From contig NMRA01000228.1 in assembly GCA_002633005.1 (NCBI GenBank), forward strand, positions 298,120 to 362,119: 64,000 nt of DNA, written 5' to 3'. Source of the stretch: Phoronis australis. Its lineage: Eukaryota; Animalia; Phoronida. A model generated the notes under the pieces. That model worked only from the letters and a program-made list of their open reading frames with translations. It searched no databases and was not told the origin of the DNA. Both the position numbers and the translations under genes were made by a program. Of this stretch, positions 1 to 12,567 are shown piece by piece. Positions within the stretch are counted from its first letter, which is position 1, and each line of letters opens with the position of its first letter.

Positions 1-1659
1 TAAGAGTGAGGTTAATTTTGTACTCATATTTTACTTTTCCCAATGGTATTTTGGAGCATTTACTTGCTTGTGTCAAGTCCTATTATGATCCTTAGAGTGG
101 TTCGGATGATAAGAGATATGGACGCCAAAAACCAGACTCGAAAAACTATAACAAGAGCAATGCAGAGCGTTGAAATGCGCCCACAATTGCACCGTATACG
201 GTATCCTTCTAGGGTTGTCTATTGGTACCATAAAGTGGCCAGTAGAGGGCATATATGTAGTATGTTGTACTTTGCAAAATGGAAAGGCATGGTCATTGTC
301 TCCTCAATAGGCTAGGTTTCAAAATGTGAGTGATCTTCATAATACAAGCACATCCTCTGCATCAGTTGCTTAAAGCACCACAGAAACATAGAATTAAAAA
401 CAAATTTACCAACATACGAGATTAGCACAGCATTAGAATGCCAGAAACAAATTTCTACTTGGAACTTTTCCTTCATAGTCACGAAGTAACACAAAGTATA
501 CACCTGAAGACCTATGAAAATACAGAGGTCAATGTGAAATATTTAAATTGCCACTAGAGGCATACTGGTAGTCAGAATCATCCTAAAGTCGTCATCATCC
601 GTTGTCAACATCACATAAATATACTTGTTAAATTTAGTAAAGATCCTGCAAACGGTTTGGGAGATACAGCCATGGGTGCAAAAAAAAACTGCCACTAGGA
701 GGCTCCACAGTAATCAAAGTCATGGGAAATTTAGCGTCAACCGTCCTCTTCATAGTAAGAACATACATGCCAATTTTCACAATCATACTTAGAGCGGTTT
801 GGTTGATAGAGGGGTGGACGCCAAAAAAACAGACTCAAAAACAGTAAAAATGGCCACTGGGTGTCACAAACTAGGTCGAATCCATCCGAAAACAGGAGAA
901 TAGCGTCATCGCACTAATAGGTGCCTACATACCAAATTTCATGAAAATCCGTTTAGGATTTGTGAAGATACAGAGGTAAACGTAAAAAAATAAAATTGCC
1001 ACTAGGGGGCACCCTGGCAGGCGGATCCGTCCAAAAGTCGTCATCATCTGTTGCTAACATCATATAATTACACTTATTAAATTTCGTAAAGATCCTGCGA
1101 ACGGTTTAGGAGATACAGCGATAGGCGAAAAAAAAAACTGCCACTAGGAGGCGCCACAGTAGTCAAAATCGTCGGAAAATCATCGTCAACCGTCCTCAAC
1201 ATAGTAAGCATATACATGCCAATTTTCACAATCATCCTTTGAGCGGTTTGGTTGATAGAGGGGTGGACGCACAAAAACAGACTCGAAAACACTAAAAATG
1301 GCCACTAGGTGGCGCAAACTATGTCAAATCCATCTGAAAACGGGAGGATAGCGTCATCTCACTAATAGGTGCCTACATACCAAATTTCATGAAAATCCGT
1401 TCAGGACTTTTGAAGATACAAAGGTAAGCGTAAAAAAATTAAATTGCCACTAGGGGGCACACCGGTAGTCGGATCCGTCCGAAAGTTCGCACATGCCGTC
1501 CCATTCATGAATGGAACATATATGCCAAATTTCATGAACATATGTCAAAGGGTTTTGGAGATAAAGCAGCGGACGCCAGACGCCGGACGGACGCCGCCCG
1601 TACGGACGAAGATGACGGCATAATGCGTCCACATATAAATATGTGGGCGCATAATAAAA
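1..1659 (+). mobile_element. Helentron/DINE-1-like (HINE) non-autonomous repeat with an internal higher-order tandem array (3 x ~150 bp = ~448 bp), copy 1
   Basis: CCACTAG-type motifs at 551, 692, 854, 999, 1141, 1302 and 1447 (period 448-449). GACG/CGGA-rich tract at ~1570-1610, terminal stem-loop ATGCGTCCACATAT-AA-ATATGTGGGCGCAT at 1623-1652, then an A-rich tail. A close second copy lies at 52481-53650. The family assignment is inferred from architecture and the left boundary is uncertain. Confidence 0.6.
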
Positions 1660-1889
1660 ATGGACACTTGGTTGAGTACAACAGGTCAAAATCCACCTGG
1701 AATGGTGTTATTTCTTGAAAAGAAACCTATTTCAGTGTTGGCGTTAACACTCTGTCCAACTGTCTATATATTTTTACGCTTTGAAATTGAAAAGGATGCA
1801 AGATTCAGCGAGCCGGTACATCCTCTTAAGGCTGGTACACAAATGTTCGTGGGAGAACAGAGCAACAAGTTAACTAAACTAGGTCCTAC

Positions 1890-2162
1890 CTGGATAGCAC
1901 CAGCCCAGCACAGCCAAAACAGCACAACTTTGGGACTGCGGAACCTCTGGCAACATTGAGGCTTGGCAGCTCCCCAGCCACATGGCTCATCGTCTTCACT
2001 TTCAGGCACAGAGTTCGTGTTATGACCTTCTTCACACATCTTCTCCTCCTCTGCAGGCAATATCTTCTTAGGCCAGTTGTAATAAGTCTCTTGATTATTG
2101 ACATCAAATGTGTCTAACTCTGAGGGTGCTGAAGGGTCATCCTCCTCAGTGCCGTAAGTCAT
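1890..2162 (-). CDS. SLCO: N-terminal coding exon of an organic anion transporting polypeptide (OATP/SLCO, SLCO4-like); later exons not recognised in the window
   Basis: Translation EPCGWGAAKPQCCQRFRSPKVVLFWLCWAGAIQ matches the conserved CGWG..P.C.Q.F..PK..L..LC....QG segment that opens TM1 of OATPs. Acceptor ttgttag| before 2175, donor CAG|gtagg after 1890. From the ATG at 2162 there are exactly 91 codons (phase 0). Confidence 0.8.
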
Positions 2163-2780
2163 TCCCCTGTGTACTCTAACAAAAACCAAAGGGATTAAAT
2201 ATTATCTCCAGACAAACATTGGTAGTTGCACACTATCCGGCAATAAAAGTTTTGATAGAAGTCCAACTAATCACTTATATGACAGTCATAAACTACCACT
2301 TGCAGAACTTACTCAAACAATCATCCAATGAACTTCCAGAGTTTTTTATAGGGTATTCCTAAAAGTTATTTCAAATTTTGAGAATTGACAAGAGTTACTG
2401 TAACAGAACATTTGGTTTCACCGACATATTAATAAGAATAGGAATCAACAAAGAATATTGATTACACACATGAGAGTGATAGCAGGCTTGAGAACTATTC
2501 TAATATATTTTGCATTAAAATTTCAGCGGAGATGCCCAGAAAGATTTGTGCACCCTAAGACTAAGACAAACCTCAGCATTGAGGTGATGTCAGTGAATTG
2601 GTCAATCAAACTTTGTGTGACGGTGACTAATGCAAAGACTATTTCAGAATACTCCCTTACAGGAGTCCCGAATTTTGAAAACCAGTTTGATGCCTGGAAA
2701 AAATGGATCTTGAGGACTCGTGTAGTGACTGTTACCGACCAATACGTAGGTGAGACTGTACGGCAGCTTAGAAAGCCTGT

Positions 2781-2858
2781 CTCAGTGACGGAGGGTACTG
2801 AATACCAGTGACCAGTGCTCTCAGTGACGGAGGGTACTGAATACCAGTGACCAGTGCT
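2781..2858. repeat. Perfect 39-bp tandem duplication
   Basis: CTCAGTGACGGAGGGTACTGAATACCAGTGACCAGTGCT occurs at 2781-2819 and 2820-2858. Confidence 0.95.
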
Positions 2859-5800
2859 GGTTTGAACACCACAGTGTTTGAAGACTGAAAACAACTTTTT
2901 CGACTGATGCGACACTCAGTGGACATGAGAGTACAGAAAGAGTTCTTGGTTTGAATGAGATGTCAGAGAGGCTGTGTGGGTGAAAGTCAAGAAACCCTCC
3001 CTGAACAAAAACAGCAGTGTCAGATTTGAGGAGTCAAGGTAGGAAAATGGAGAGGATTCAGTGTAGAGTTTTGAATTTTGTATTCAATGACAGTGACTCC
3101 TCTTATGCAAGGGTAAAATTCTGTATCACTATGTAACTTCACAATGAAATCACTTGCTGTTGAAGTTTTCAAACACCTTAATGGTACAGGCCCTTGCCCA
3201 CTGAAAGATTTTACCATTTACAAACTGGCCTGTGATATAAGGGGACAAACCCAGTGTTTCAAAATAAAATACTGCAACATGTGAAACAAACTTACTTGCA
3301 CAGCAAGGGGCTGCCTTTTGGAACAAACAAACTACCATAAGTTCTTAGATGTTATACTGATAATGTTACTGGCATTGCTACTTTTCGCAGTACATTAGCA
3401 TATTTCATAAAGAATGTCACCATCAAAGTTGTATTTCGCCAGTCGATCATCTTGATTATTAAACAACTGGTTCTCTTTGTTTACATCACTGTATAAAACT
3501 CATCAGCACAATATCTGTGACCAGCATAAACAACACAAATGTTTTCTCGTTTTGTACTTACCATACTGATGAAAAATAAACATTTCACTCACTTATACTC
3601 AAGATTCCCTAGAATAAAACCTTCTGAGTGGGTTAAATGTGATTCCAACATAAAGTAGAATTTTGTAATCGCAGGGGCAGGTTGACGACACAGGCAAAAT
3701 TTTACGGGACATTTAAATATTTTTCACAGGAGAATGGGACCGATATTTGGCCACAAAATTGAGGCATTGTAGAACTGTTGAGACGGGCTTTCGAGGCTCG
3801 ACGTCCACAGGCATATGGATGGGTAAATCAGTCAAGGTCCATATTCGAGAGTTGACAGTGTTACCGGCTAAAATAAAATTTTTTGGTCACTTACTAAATG
3901 CCAACTGGATCTCATATGCAAAGGGATATTTAGTTGCGTAAAATAAAAAAGAATTAATGAAATAAGATCGTGTTTGAGAAATTTATGCATTTTTGTCTCT
4001 GAATTTCATGAATTTTTGCGTAACGAGTAGCCTTTTAAAAATTCCAATTTTAAAATGTCAACAGTAGAAAAGAAATGTATTTTATTAAGTAAGCAATTGT
4101 TTTGATATGACTATGAATAACTAAAGGCACTTTCAGAATAACTTAGATGAAGTTGTTCTTAATCATTGAGAAATGCTAGGATTCTTCCTAAAACAGGAAC
4201 TTGTTTTGAAATTTGTAATTTCTGTGTTTCTAACCCTCACCTACTGAAAAGAAGGTTAAAAAGAAAAGTTAACACTCTATACTAAAAAGAACTGCAGAAT
4301 ATGTTAGCCTAGGTGACACAGGAAATTATTCAATACCTAAACAAACCAAAAGTTTGGATATTAACAGGGTTCCGCTATGATGAAAAAGGGCCAAAAAGGC
4401 TAACAAAATGTAGTGTATGTGCCCCCAAGTGAAAGTCAGTGACACAAATGGTGATTGCAAATGAAATTATTGCCTTTTAAATAACAACATGGTGCTTATC
4501 ATCAAAGAAAAATAAATGGCCATACAGCATTATGTTACCATGAGGTGCAGAAACAGTGATGTGTACCTACCCTTTTTGTAATGTATGTACCCCGATGTTA
4601 ACAAATACATTGAAATTAAAATATTATTTGGTAAGTGAGCAACATTGATCACAGAGTTTCTTCCCTTAAAAATGTTAGGTTAAATGGTGTTTATTACAAA
4701 TACTTTTGTTTTGAGTGAAATATTAGCATTTGTATAGAGTACGTACCCCTATAATTTAACATTTGCCTATTTTCAAAGAATGACAGATATGCACATGAAT
4801 GCTGTACTTTTTATTTGTTCTCTTTGAATACATTTGGTAATGAACTAACCCTCATTAGATTCTAAATACCGGTATTAAGTTATAAAACTGACATGTCATT
4901 GGAATGTAGTGTACGTACCTTAAACCTCTGTGCAATAAAATACTGCCTACAAGTACTGCTGTTCTCATGAACAACACTGGTATATCCCAAATGCATTCAG
5001 TCTGACAAAAAACAATCTGGATATTATTAAATTTGTGGGCAATAGAATGCCATACAAGACTTAGTCAGTAACATCCTAGAAGACACGGCATGTGACAAAT
5101 GATGTTACAAAGGTAGCTGCTCCATTTCTCAAGACAACTTGCAACAAACCAACAAGTGGTGGCAGCACAAAACTCGAGACCATCCGAGACATTTGTAACT
5201 CAGTAAAAATTTGATGTTGATAGAGTGTACGGAATTGACCTATCACAAGCTCCGCCCCTTGCACAATGCCGATAAACAAACAATAAGTTTTATCAGGCAA
5301 TGTGTTGTTTGTCAGGAAAAATGGCGGCTTGGAAACAAAGGTGCGTCACGAATGCTGCGTTCTGATTTGTTAGTTAATCCGTCACTCAAAATCCTGGCAA
5401 TAGGTCAATTATGAAGTGTACTTACTCCTGACCAGTGCCATTTGTTTACTGTTTACAAGTTGAACACTGGACCTAACAAGGCTAGCATTGCTTTAACTAT
5501 TTCTAACAACTGGTAAATTTAGCAAATAGCACCAATAGTTTTTGAAAAAGTAGTTACTGATCGTTTTTGTAAGAATCATATTGCAAAAGAAAAAGTTATC
5601 ATTATACTGTGTTACTGATTGTAATGCATCATCATCTAGAACAACTTGACCAGCATGATAATGATTTTTCTTACTATAGCATATCATACTTCTTCAATTC
5701 AATCAAGAAACTAACAAATTAATAGCTACCTTATGAATTTTTTTATATGATAGAAGTGGCGTTGTGGTCATACGTACCCTTTTATACAACTATGATGCAT

Positions 5801-6269
5801 CAGGCCATAAAATTTTATTCGGTAGTTCTTGTGCAAAAATATCTTAGATTACAAACCTGGTATGATATTATTCTATTATTGTACTTTAAACTAACCCAGC
5901 ATTATGACAACCTTCATGTTTCACCAAAAGTGGCCACCAAATAATTATATGGATTTTGATTGTGATTTACCCTAGTATACTTCAATCTAATATCAAATTT
6001 GCGGTTGAAAACGGTTCCTGGATTTATTAGCGGATGATACCGGCACGTCACGAAGAGAAATGCCAACGTGACACCCGTGGCATGCAATGCAAGCGGTGTC
6101 GTCGTCAGTAACAACTCAATTCGGGCAAAAAATCAGTCATACCCAATGTGATTCCAATCTATCAAGTTCCAACGTAGAACTGGAGTCATTCTAATGTAAA
6201 TTACGTCTGCTACACTGAAAATAATGAGATAACACTGTTATCAATTACTAGTTCTTATCTACTGTCGAT

Positions 6270-6600
6270 AACTTACATTCACGACCCCGTTCGTAAATTT
6301 TCCGCCATTTTACTTGTCGATGAGTGACCTCTAGTGTCAGTAGCGAAAGCGAAAGTCTCATTGACCGTACGACGTGGAAAATCATTGAACTTCCCGGTCG
6401 CCTTTTGTTCTAACAAAAGCAATCTTTCGGTTCAACCCATTTGGTCTAGGAACCAGTATCGATTCATAGATGGAATAGACCGTTTAAGTCGGATCATCCG
6501 CGAGTGACGCGACTGCACGGACCCCTATGCCCCCGCGGGCCCGGGAGGCGCCGCGGGCGTACGGTGACACCAGCTCAGAATCAAAAATACAACACCACGG
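6270..6600 (-). promoter_or_regulatory. Putative first exon/promoter region of the SLCO gene
   Basis: Minus-strand donor AAT|GTAAGT at ~6276, YY1-like CCGCCATTTT at ~6303-6312, and a shift to CpG-rich sequence upstream. Inference only. Confidence 0.35.
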
Positions 6601-6747
6601 GCGGATCCAGATTTTGAGTTAGGGGGAGGGCAGCGTATTAGCCAGGATTTTGCCCGTCAGACATTCGCAACCCCGAACTGCCTAAATCTGGGCTCGGAGG
6701 GCCGGGGGTCATGGGCCCCCTTGCCCCCCCCTCTAAATCCGCCACTG
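6596..6747. mobile_element. MITE type A, 5-bp TSD
   Basis: Termini CACGGGCGGATCCAG ... CTAAATCCGCCACTG, flanked by AACAC on both sides; body similar to 7572-7719. Confidence 0.85.
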
Positions 6748-7571
6748 AACACTTGTTTCAGTTTTTAGAAATAAGTGACTTCAGCTAATTTCTGTGGTCG
6801 AAAATTGATCCAGAGCCGGTTTTTAGTGAAATAGACACATCATTGAAACCACGACCGCGCGGGTATAAGCCTACCTGATCATTTCTGAATAGAAGTTCTG
6901 TTACGAACCCATGAACTGCGGAGTCCAGTAGCAAGCTTGAAAGTCACCGCCTGAAACTAGTTCACCCAACTCACCGGGTTGCCCAGACGGCTGGAGATAG
7001 GCACCGATCATATACCGCGAAATGTACATTGAGGTCAAGGTACGTACGGCGGGCGCAAGATTAAGTTATCAAACGCCGCCGGCCATCAGACACGTAGCTC
7101 GGCGGGCTGAGCAGTGAATGCATGACAAAAACGGTACAGTCTAGAAAAGAGCCAACGGTGGCCAAAAAGGACCCCCACCAATTAAGTGAGCTTGTCCAGC
7201 GTTCAAGGCCGTACCACAGCTGCACAACTAGGACAATTTCAGACGACTCAACCCTTTGGGTTGAGCCCGCCAGGCTGAGAGACGAGTCATCTCACTCCGA
7301 CAGATTACTCAAGATTTTAACTCACTGGCAATAGATTTACTGGTTAAAACTTGATTTTAAACAAACAGCTGGCTTGAACCGAGCAAGAAATATGCCAGGG
7401 CCGGGCCACGCAAACTTCTCATTGGAAACTATGCATGTCCCACAAACGACAACTCGCTCTGTCACCGTGACACATAAGTTGTTGACAAGATATTGTCAAG
7501 TTCTCGGCACATTCTAATCGGTGTTTAATTCTGGAATACAAAACCACCGTAATGCGAAAACGTCATGTTCT

Positions 7572-7719
7572 CAGGGGCCGATCCAGGATTTTGAGTTGGG
7601 GGGGGCAGGGTAGAGTGTTAGCCATGATTTTGCTCGTCAGACATTTGCACCCCCGAACTGCAAAATGGAATCTGGAAGAATTTTAGGAGGGGCATTGGCC
7701 CCCTCTAAATCCGCTACTG
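7572..7719. mobile_element. MITE type A, 5-bp TSD
   Basis: Termini CAGGGGCCGATCCAG ... CTAAATCCGCTACTG, flanked by GTTCT on both sides. Confidence 0.85.
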
Positions 7720-8025
7720 GTTCTAAATTCTAGGGCTACTCGTCAAAATATGACAAAACGTAACTTGAACTTGAAGTTATCCTTAGGGTTTAGTAGCGAA
7801 CTCCCCACCGTGGAAATTTCCTGGTAAAACGACTTTTTCTGGAATTCATTTGATGTGCGCGCGTTTCAGTATATCCGCAAATAAAGAAACAAGATGTCAT
7901 TGGTATTTTTTAATGATTATTGTAATCAATATGCCCAGAAATCATATTTATTGAAAGGCTGAGTTAGAACCAACGGCGACAGATGATGTCAATCGGGAAT
8001 TTGGAGTGCTGCCAATAGTAGGAGA

Positions 8026-8133
8026 CAGAGAAGGTCGCCATAACTATTCAAAATGGTAAAAAATAAATGAAACTTGGAAAAAATATACGTTCGAGCTCCC
8101 CGAGCCCCTCCCCCCCCGCTGGGTGCGCGCATG
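8026..8133. mobile_element. Degenerate MITE type C
   Basis: Right terminus CTGGGTGCGCGCATG followed by GGAGA; GGAGA also precedes CA at 8026. The left TIR is decayed. Confidence 0.5.
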
Positions 8134-11100
8134 GGAGACATACATTTACGTGAGCAGAGAGACGTCAATAGTCCTTACATATGTTGAAAGTCCACATTAT
8201 TGACAGGCACATTTTTAAGCCAAAAGTCGTCAAAAATGCCCTCAAGAAACTCACTGGTAGCTGAAAGGTTAAACAAACAGATATGTTGCAAGTATAATGC
8301 GAAAATGTCAAGGAACTAGTTACGAAGATCTCGATCCGGGAAATGTGCGTGTGTGCGCGCGCGTGTGTATATATTCAAGTTTTACAATAAATATTTAAAA
8401 GGATGTTCGCGAAATTTTATCGTTGTTAACAAAAGTTATACGTTATTTTTAAATAACATAAAAAAATGACCTGATCACCATTGCAGTTAATACGAAGTTG
8501 AGAGCTTCTGTGAAATTTGTTACCTTTGCTTATAAAAGTAAGCAGACACAGAATTCGATGTCCTCAAGAAACCTATATGAAAGGCATGCCCGTACCCACC
8601 TGTGTCTGAGGCAGATGCGAAGGTGACGGAGGGGACCAAACCCCGATTGCAGAAGCTGACACATTCGTCGATTTAAACTATTGCCCTCGTCACGTGAAAA
8701 ATACCCATACTTCACGCGACGTTAGGATCTATGAACAAAAAAGTAAGAAATCTCCAATTCTTCTGTGGAATATGGATAGTGGCAGCATTCAAGGTAGTTG
8801 CGTTGGGTTTAGGCTCTTGTTTTAACTGGGAAGTGTGAAATTTATGCTGACGAAATTGATAGTCAGGTAACACAGAACCGAAAACTTAGTTTACTGAATT
8901 CGCCGTTTCTGAGTTACCCCTTGACAAAAGCTAAGGAAACTGAAATAAAATGATGTCAAACTATGTGTCTATAATGAAGCAGCTAGCTAATTTTCTTCAG
9001 ACTTGCCCAGTTAAAAATGCATACAACAGGATTTTTGAGACTTTATCTTGAACTTTTTAAACTGAAAAAATGGTCATTGTATTGATATCTTTGTGTAGCT
9101 GTGAACATACCTTTGTTTTTCCTAAATTTTACTAAAAGATCAGGATCACGCGCTTCAATTAACGGCAGACTGATATCAAGTCTGAAATTAAATTCTACAA
9201 ATTGTCTGCTTATAGAAAATATGTACTTTCATGAAGTTAAATTTTATAGTTTTGTAGGTATTCGGATAAATATACAGACAGGTCGATAAGGTTTGACGTA
9301 ACCTTTAACGTGCTAGTGCCAGCGTGAACAACAGACTCTAATTCAAAGTCGCTCGCATGTAGTTACGAAGTCTCTGCAACGAACTCGCGCTTCGCTCAAA
9401 AACACAATTTGTAACTGGTAAAGTTGCCGTGGTTTTCAAAAGCTAGAACACCATCTCGCTGAAAAGATCGATTACACCTAGCCCTGAAACTACTGCCAAT
9501 CACAAAGTTGTCATCAGGCAGCGGTTTTCATCACTAAGCGATTTCACTTTTGTTGTAACACTCGTCAATTTTGTGGCCCGCCTAAATCACCAAATGCAAG
9601 TATGGTTTTGAGGAACTGCTGGTTGATTAGGAGTAATACATGTATGCTCAAAACTGATTCAAACAGTCTCAACATTTTGGGACTCAGCTTTTGCCATCTT
9701 AAACACTAATCGATGAGTTTATATATTTGCTGTTCTTTTGTTTTCCACACGTTATCAACGTTCAAGACGACCGATTTATAGCTACCTGCTGTTTAACGGT
9801 CTGCTCACAGAAATGAGACCCGCCTTGGTAAGTTGAGCTAACCACAAAGCTGCCGGCTGTATTAAAATCATAGATGAGCCCGGTTTGTTGTTAGATGACA
9901 ACCTTTGAATTCTCTAGTACTTTAATGACTGCTGTCATTCTCTTTCATTTTCAGCGAAAAGCATCTTGAATATAGGATTATTACGGAGCTAATTAAAAAA
10001 GCACACTACAAGTAGGTACGTAATGACTTAAAAGAATACTAAACCCTGTTTTGATGATTTCAACCAATCCTCGTTCTTTCACATCCTAATGCATCATTAG
10101 CGTCCCACTTGAATGATAGAAACTGAATTTAACTGTAGATTCACACTCTCTGTCACGGATAGGATACTTAGGTTCCTGGTGGTTGGCCTTTCCCTACAGC
10201 TGTCGTGTAATTCGCCTGAAGCTTAGGTAGGTCACGCTGGCTTGGCCGTGCGTGTAGCAGACTGTATGGAATGTTCAAATTTTACTCGAAACATTTGAGG
10301 ATTGTCGAGAGTTACAGGGTACTATTTTGTTTCAGAGAACTGCATGGGAACGTCATTACTTGTTTTCAATATTTGTTGATAGGCCAAAACCGGGTTTGGT
10401 ATCCTTTTTAATTCTAGTCGGCTAGCTAAGGCGGACCCAAAATCCGGCCTGCGGTAGGGGCTGGGTCGCACCCCCCACCCCTCTTGGGTGTGCCAGACAT
10501 GGTCCTTGAACTTGACAGTATTGTTGTTCTACTTCTCAGTAAACCAACAAGCTAAAACTCAGCAGCGGGTTATAATTTGGTGTAATGTCTTCCTTCCGGA
10601 AGCAAAGTCTACGTTTCGGTATATTTGCAAAGAAGGCAGCTATGAAGAACATTAGGCGGTGGTACCATGCAGTGTGTCATATTGGTTCCTGGGTTCGACT
10701 TATTAGAAAATTTTGTTATAAAAACAAGCATTGTCTCGGATCAACCGCATCTGTTGAAGTAAGGCATCGGTATTAACATGTTGTTTTGTGTGGTTCATGG
10801 CACCTCGCATATATTTGATATTTTTTAGATTTGTTATTTCATATTCCAACATTCCATGCCGTTGCTACGTTATTTTTCCGCCATGGCTTGTCGATAGGCG
10901 ACGCCTGGGTAAAGTTCAGTAACGCTAGGGCCTAAGCTAAGATCTACACTAGGACCTCGCTAAAATGTATAGCCAAAATCATATGTTCTTTTTTGACATG
11001 CACGACAATATCTCACGCAATCTCGCAAAGTCTTGCTTTTTAGCGAGGACAGGTCCTAGCGTCACTGAAATTTACCCTGTTGTCAGCAGCCTCATTAGCT

Positions 11101-12567
11101 GAGAAAGCGGTGTCTTGGCTGTTGGGCGTGGACCTGCGGCCTGGTCGACTTTGTTTGTACATAAAACAAACTTTCGATTCAGTCCATGCGGTCTAGGAAC
11201 TAAGATTGGTTCGTAGATGGAAAATTCATGGGCCTCAGTTACGGAGATTTGTTTTACTGTATAGGTGAATAAATGTTGAGATTCTAAATGCAAAAATAAA
11301 TAACAAAGAGAAGGACCCTAGCTAAAGCGGTGGTCTCAACTGCCCCTCCGTGGGTAGGAACATTTACATAATTACGTCTTTCTCGTCGGCTACGAGAAAT
11401 GTGAACTTCACCACTCAAACAGTTTGGACCCTCGCTCACTAAAGAACTGAATCTTTCCTTGGCTACGGACTTGTCTGTTATTTGACTATCCGCGTTTGTT
11501 GTGAAAGCGTTATCACTTTTAGTTCGTTTTGATGGTTTCTGGCAAGTCAAAACCATTTTTCTCCTGGCATAATGAACAGATCATTAGCGTACCGATTAAT
11601 TTACAAATGGTTTGTTGTGGTAGCTCAGATGTTCGAGCCTCGTTGGTTCCCTACGTGCCGCTAGGTGGCCAGTAGTCAGCAAGGGTGTTGGCTAGGCACG
11701 CTAGGGATCGAGGAAGCTCAGTTTTGGGGCGTGGTCATTTTTGGGTTTTTGCGATTTTCATTCGGTGTTCAGTGTAGCACGATTGTTCATTTTAAAGGGA
11801 CATTCGATTGTTTATTTTCCATGCGACGTTATAATGTAGATATATTAAGTTATGTAGTAATGTACACGATAATGTCACACGGAAGTGGACGAACTTTGTA
11901 TCGAACGAGAACGATTTTTTACCACCGAAAGTGCATTTTATTTTTGGGATTATGAATATTGTTGCACTGGATTGATTTTTACCGTTATAAAACAGCTACA
12001 AAAGAATAAAATCCATTGTCATTTTTGTGATTTCATTGGCTGAGTGCGATTTATTTCTCGTCAGAAGCATGTTTGATTGCAAATGCGAAGATTCTGGATT
12101 TGAACCTGCGCTGGGGTTAATTTTAGAAAATCACAAAGTCTCGCCGATAATGTCACTTAAAATATAATCTTAGTTCAAAACTTCATGAAACGGACTTTGA
12201 CGCAAAATAATTCAGCGGAAACTCAAGTCCAAATAATGCTCCAAATATTTTCAAACTTAAGGTTGTGTAGGAACCTAGAAAAATGTCAAATTGTGGCCAA
12301 GTTCAGAACATCGTATCATACAGATGGCTTATCGGATTCACATGAAACTTTTAGATGCTATGCTTTACATGGGCGCACCCAGGGGGCACCCAATTTGGCG
12401 AATCGGGCAAAAAGGTCCGCCTCAGTGAAAAAAAATCAGAGTAAACGTCACAAAAGTCCACAGAGAACATAGGAAATCNTTCCGCTTGATCCCAGACCGC
12501 CCCGAGATGCTCCAGCAGCCAACTCGGGGCGGTCTCTCACGAGGGTTTAGCGTTATGTCACTCTTAA

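Noticed and set aside
540-1460. Regularly spaced short motif suggesting a CRISPR array
   Set aside because: The intervening sequences are themselves repeated with a 448-bp period and are ~130 bp long; there are no cas genes and the context is eukaryotic.
11284-11556. 90-aa minus-strand ORF as an exon
   Set aside because: No recognisable domain or convincing splice partners.
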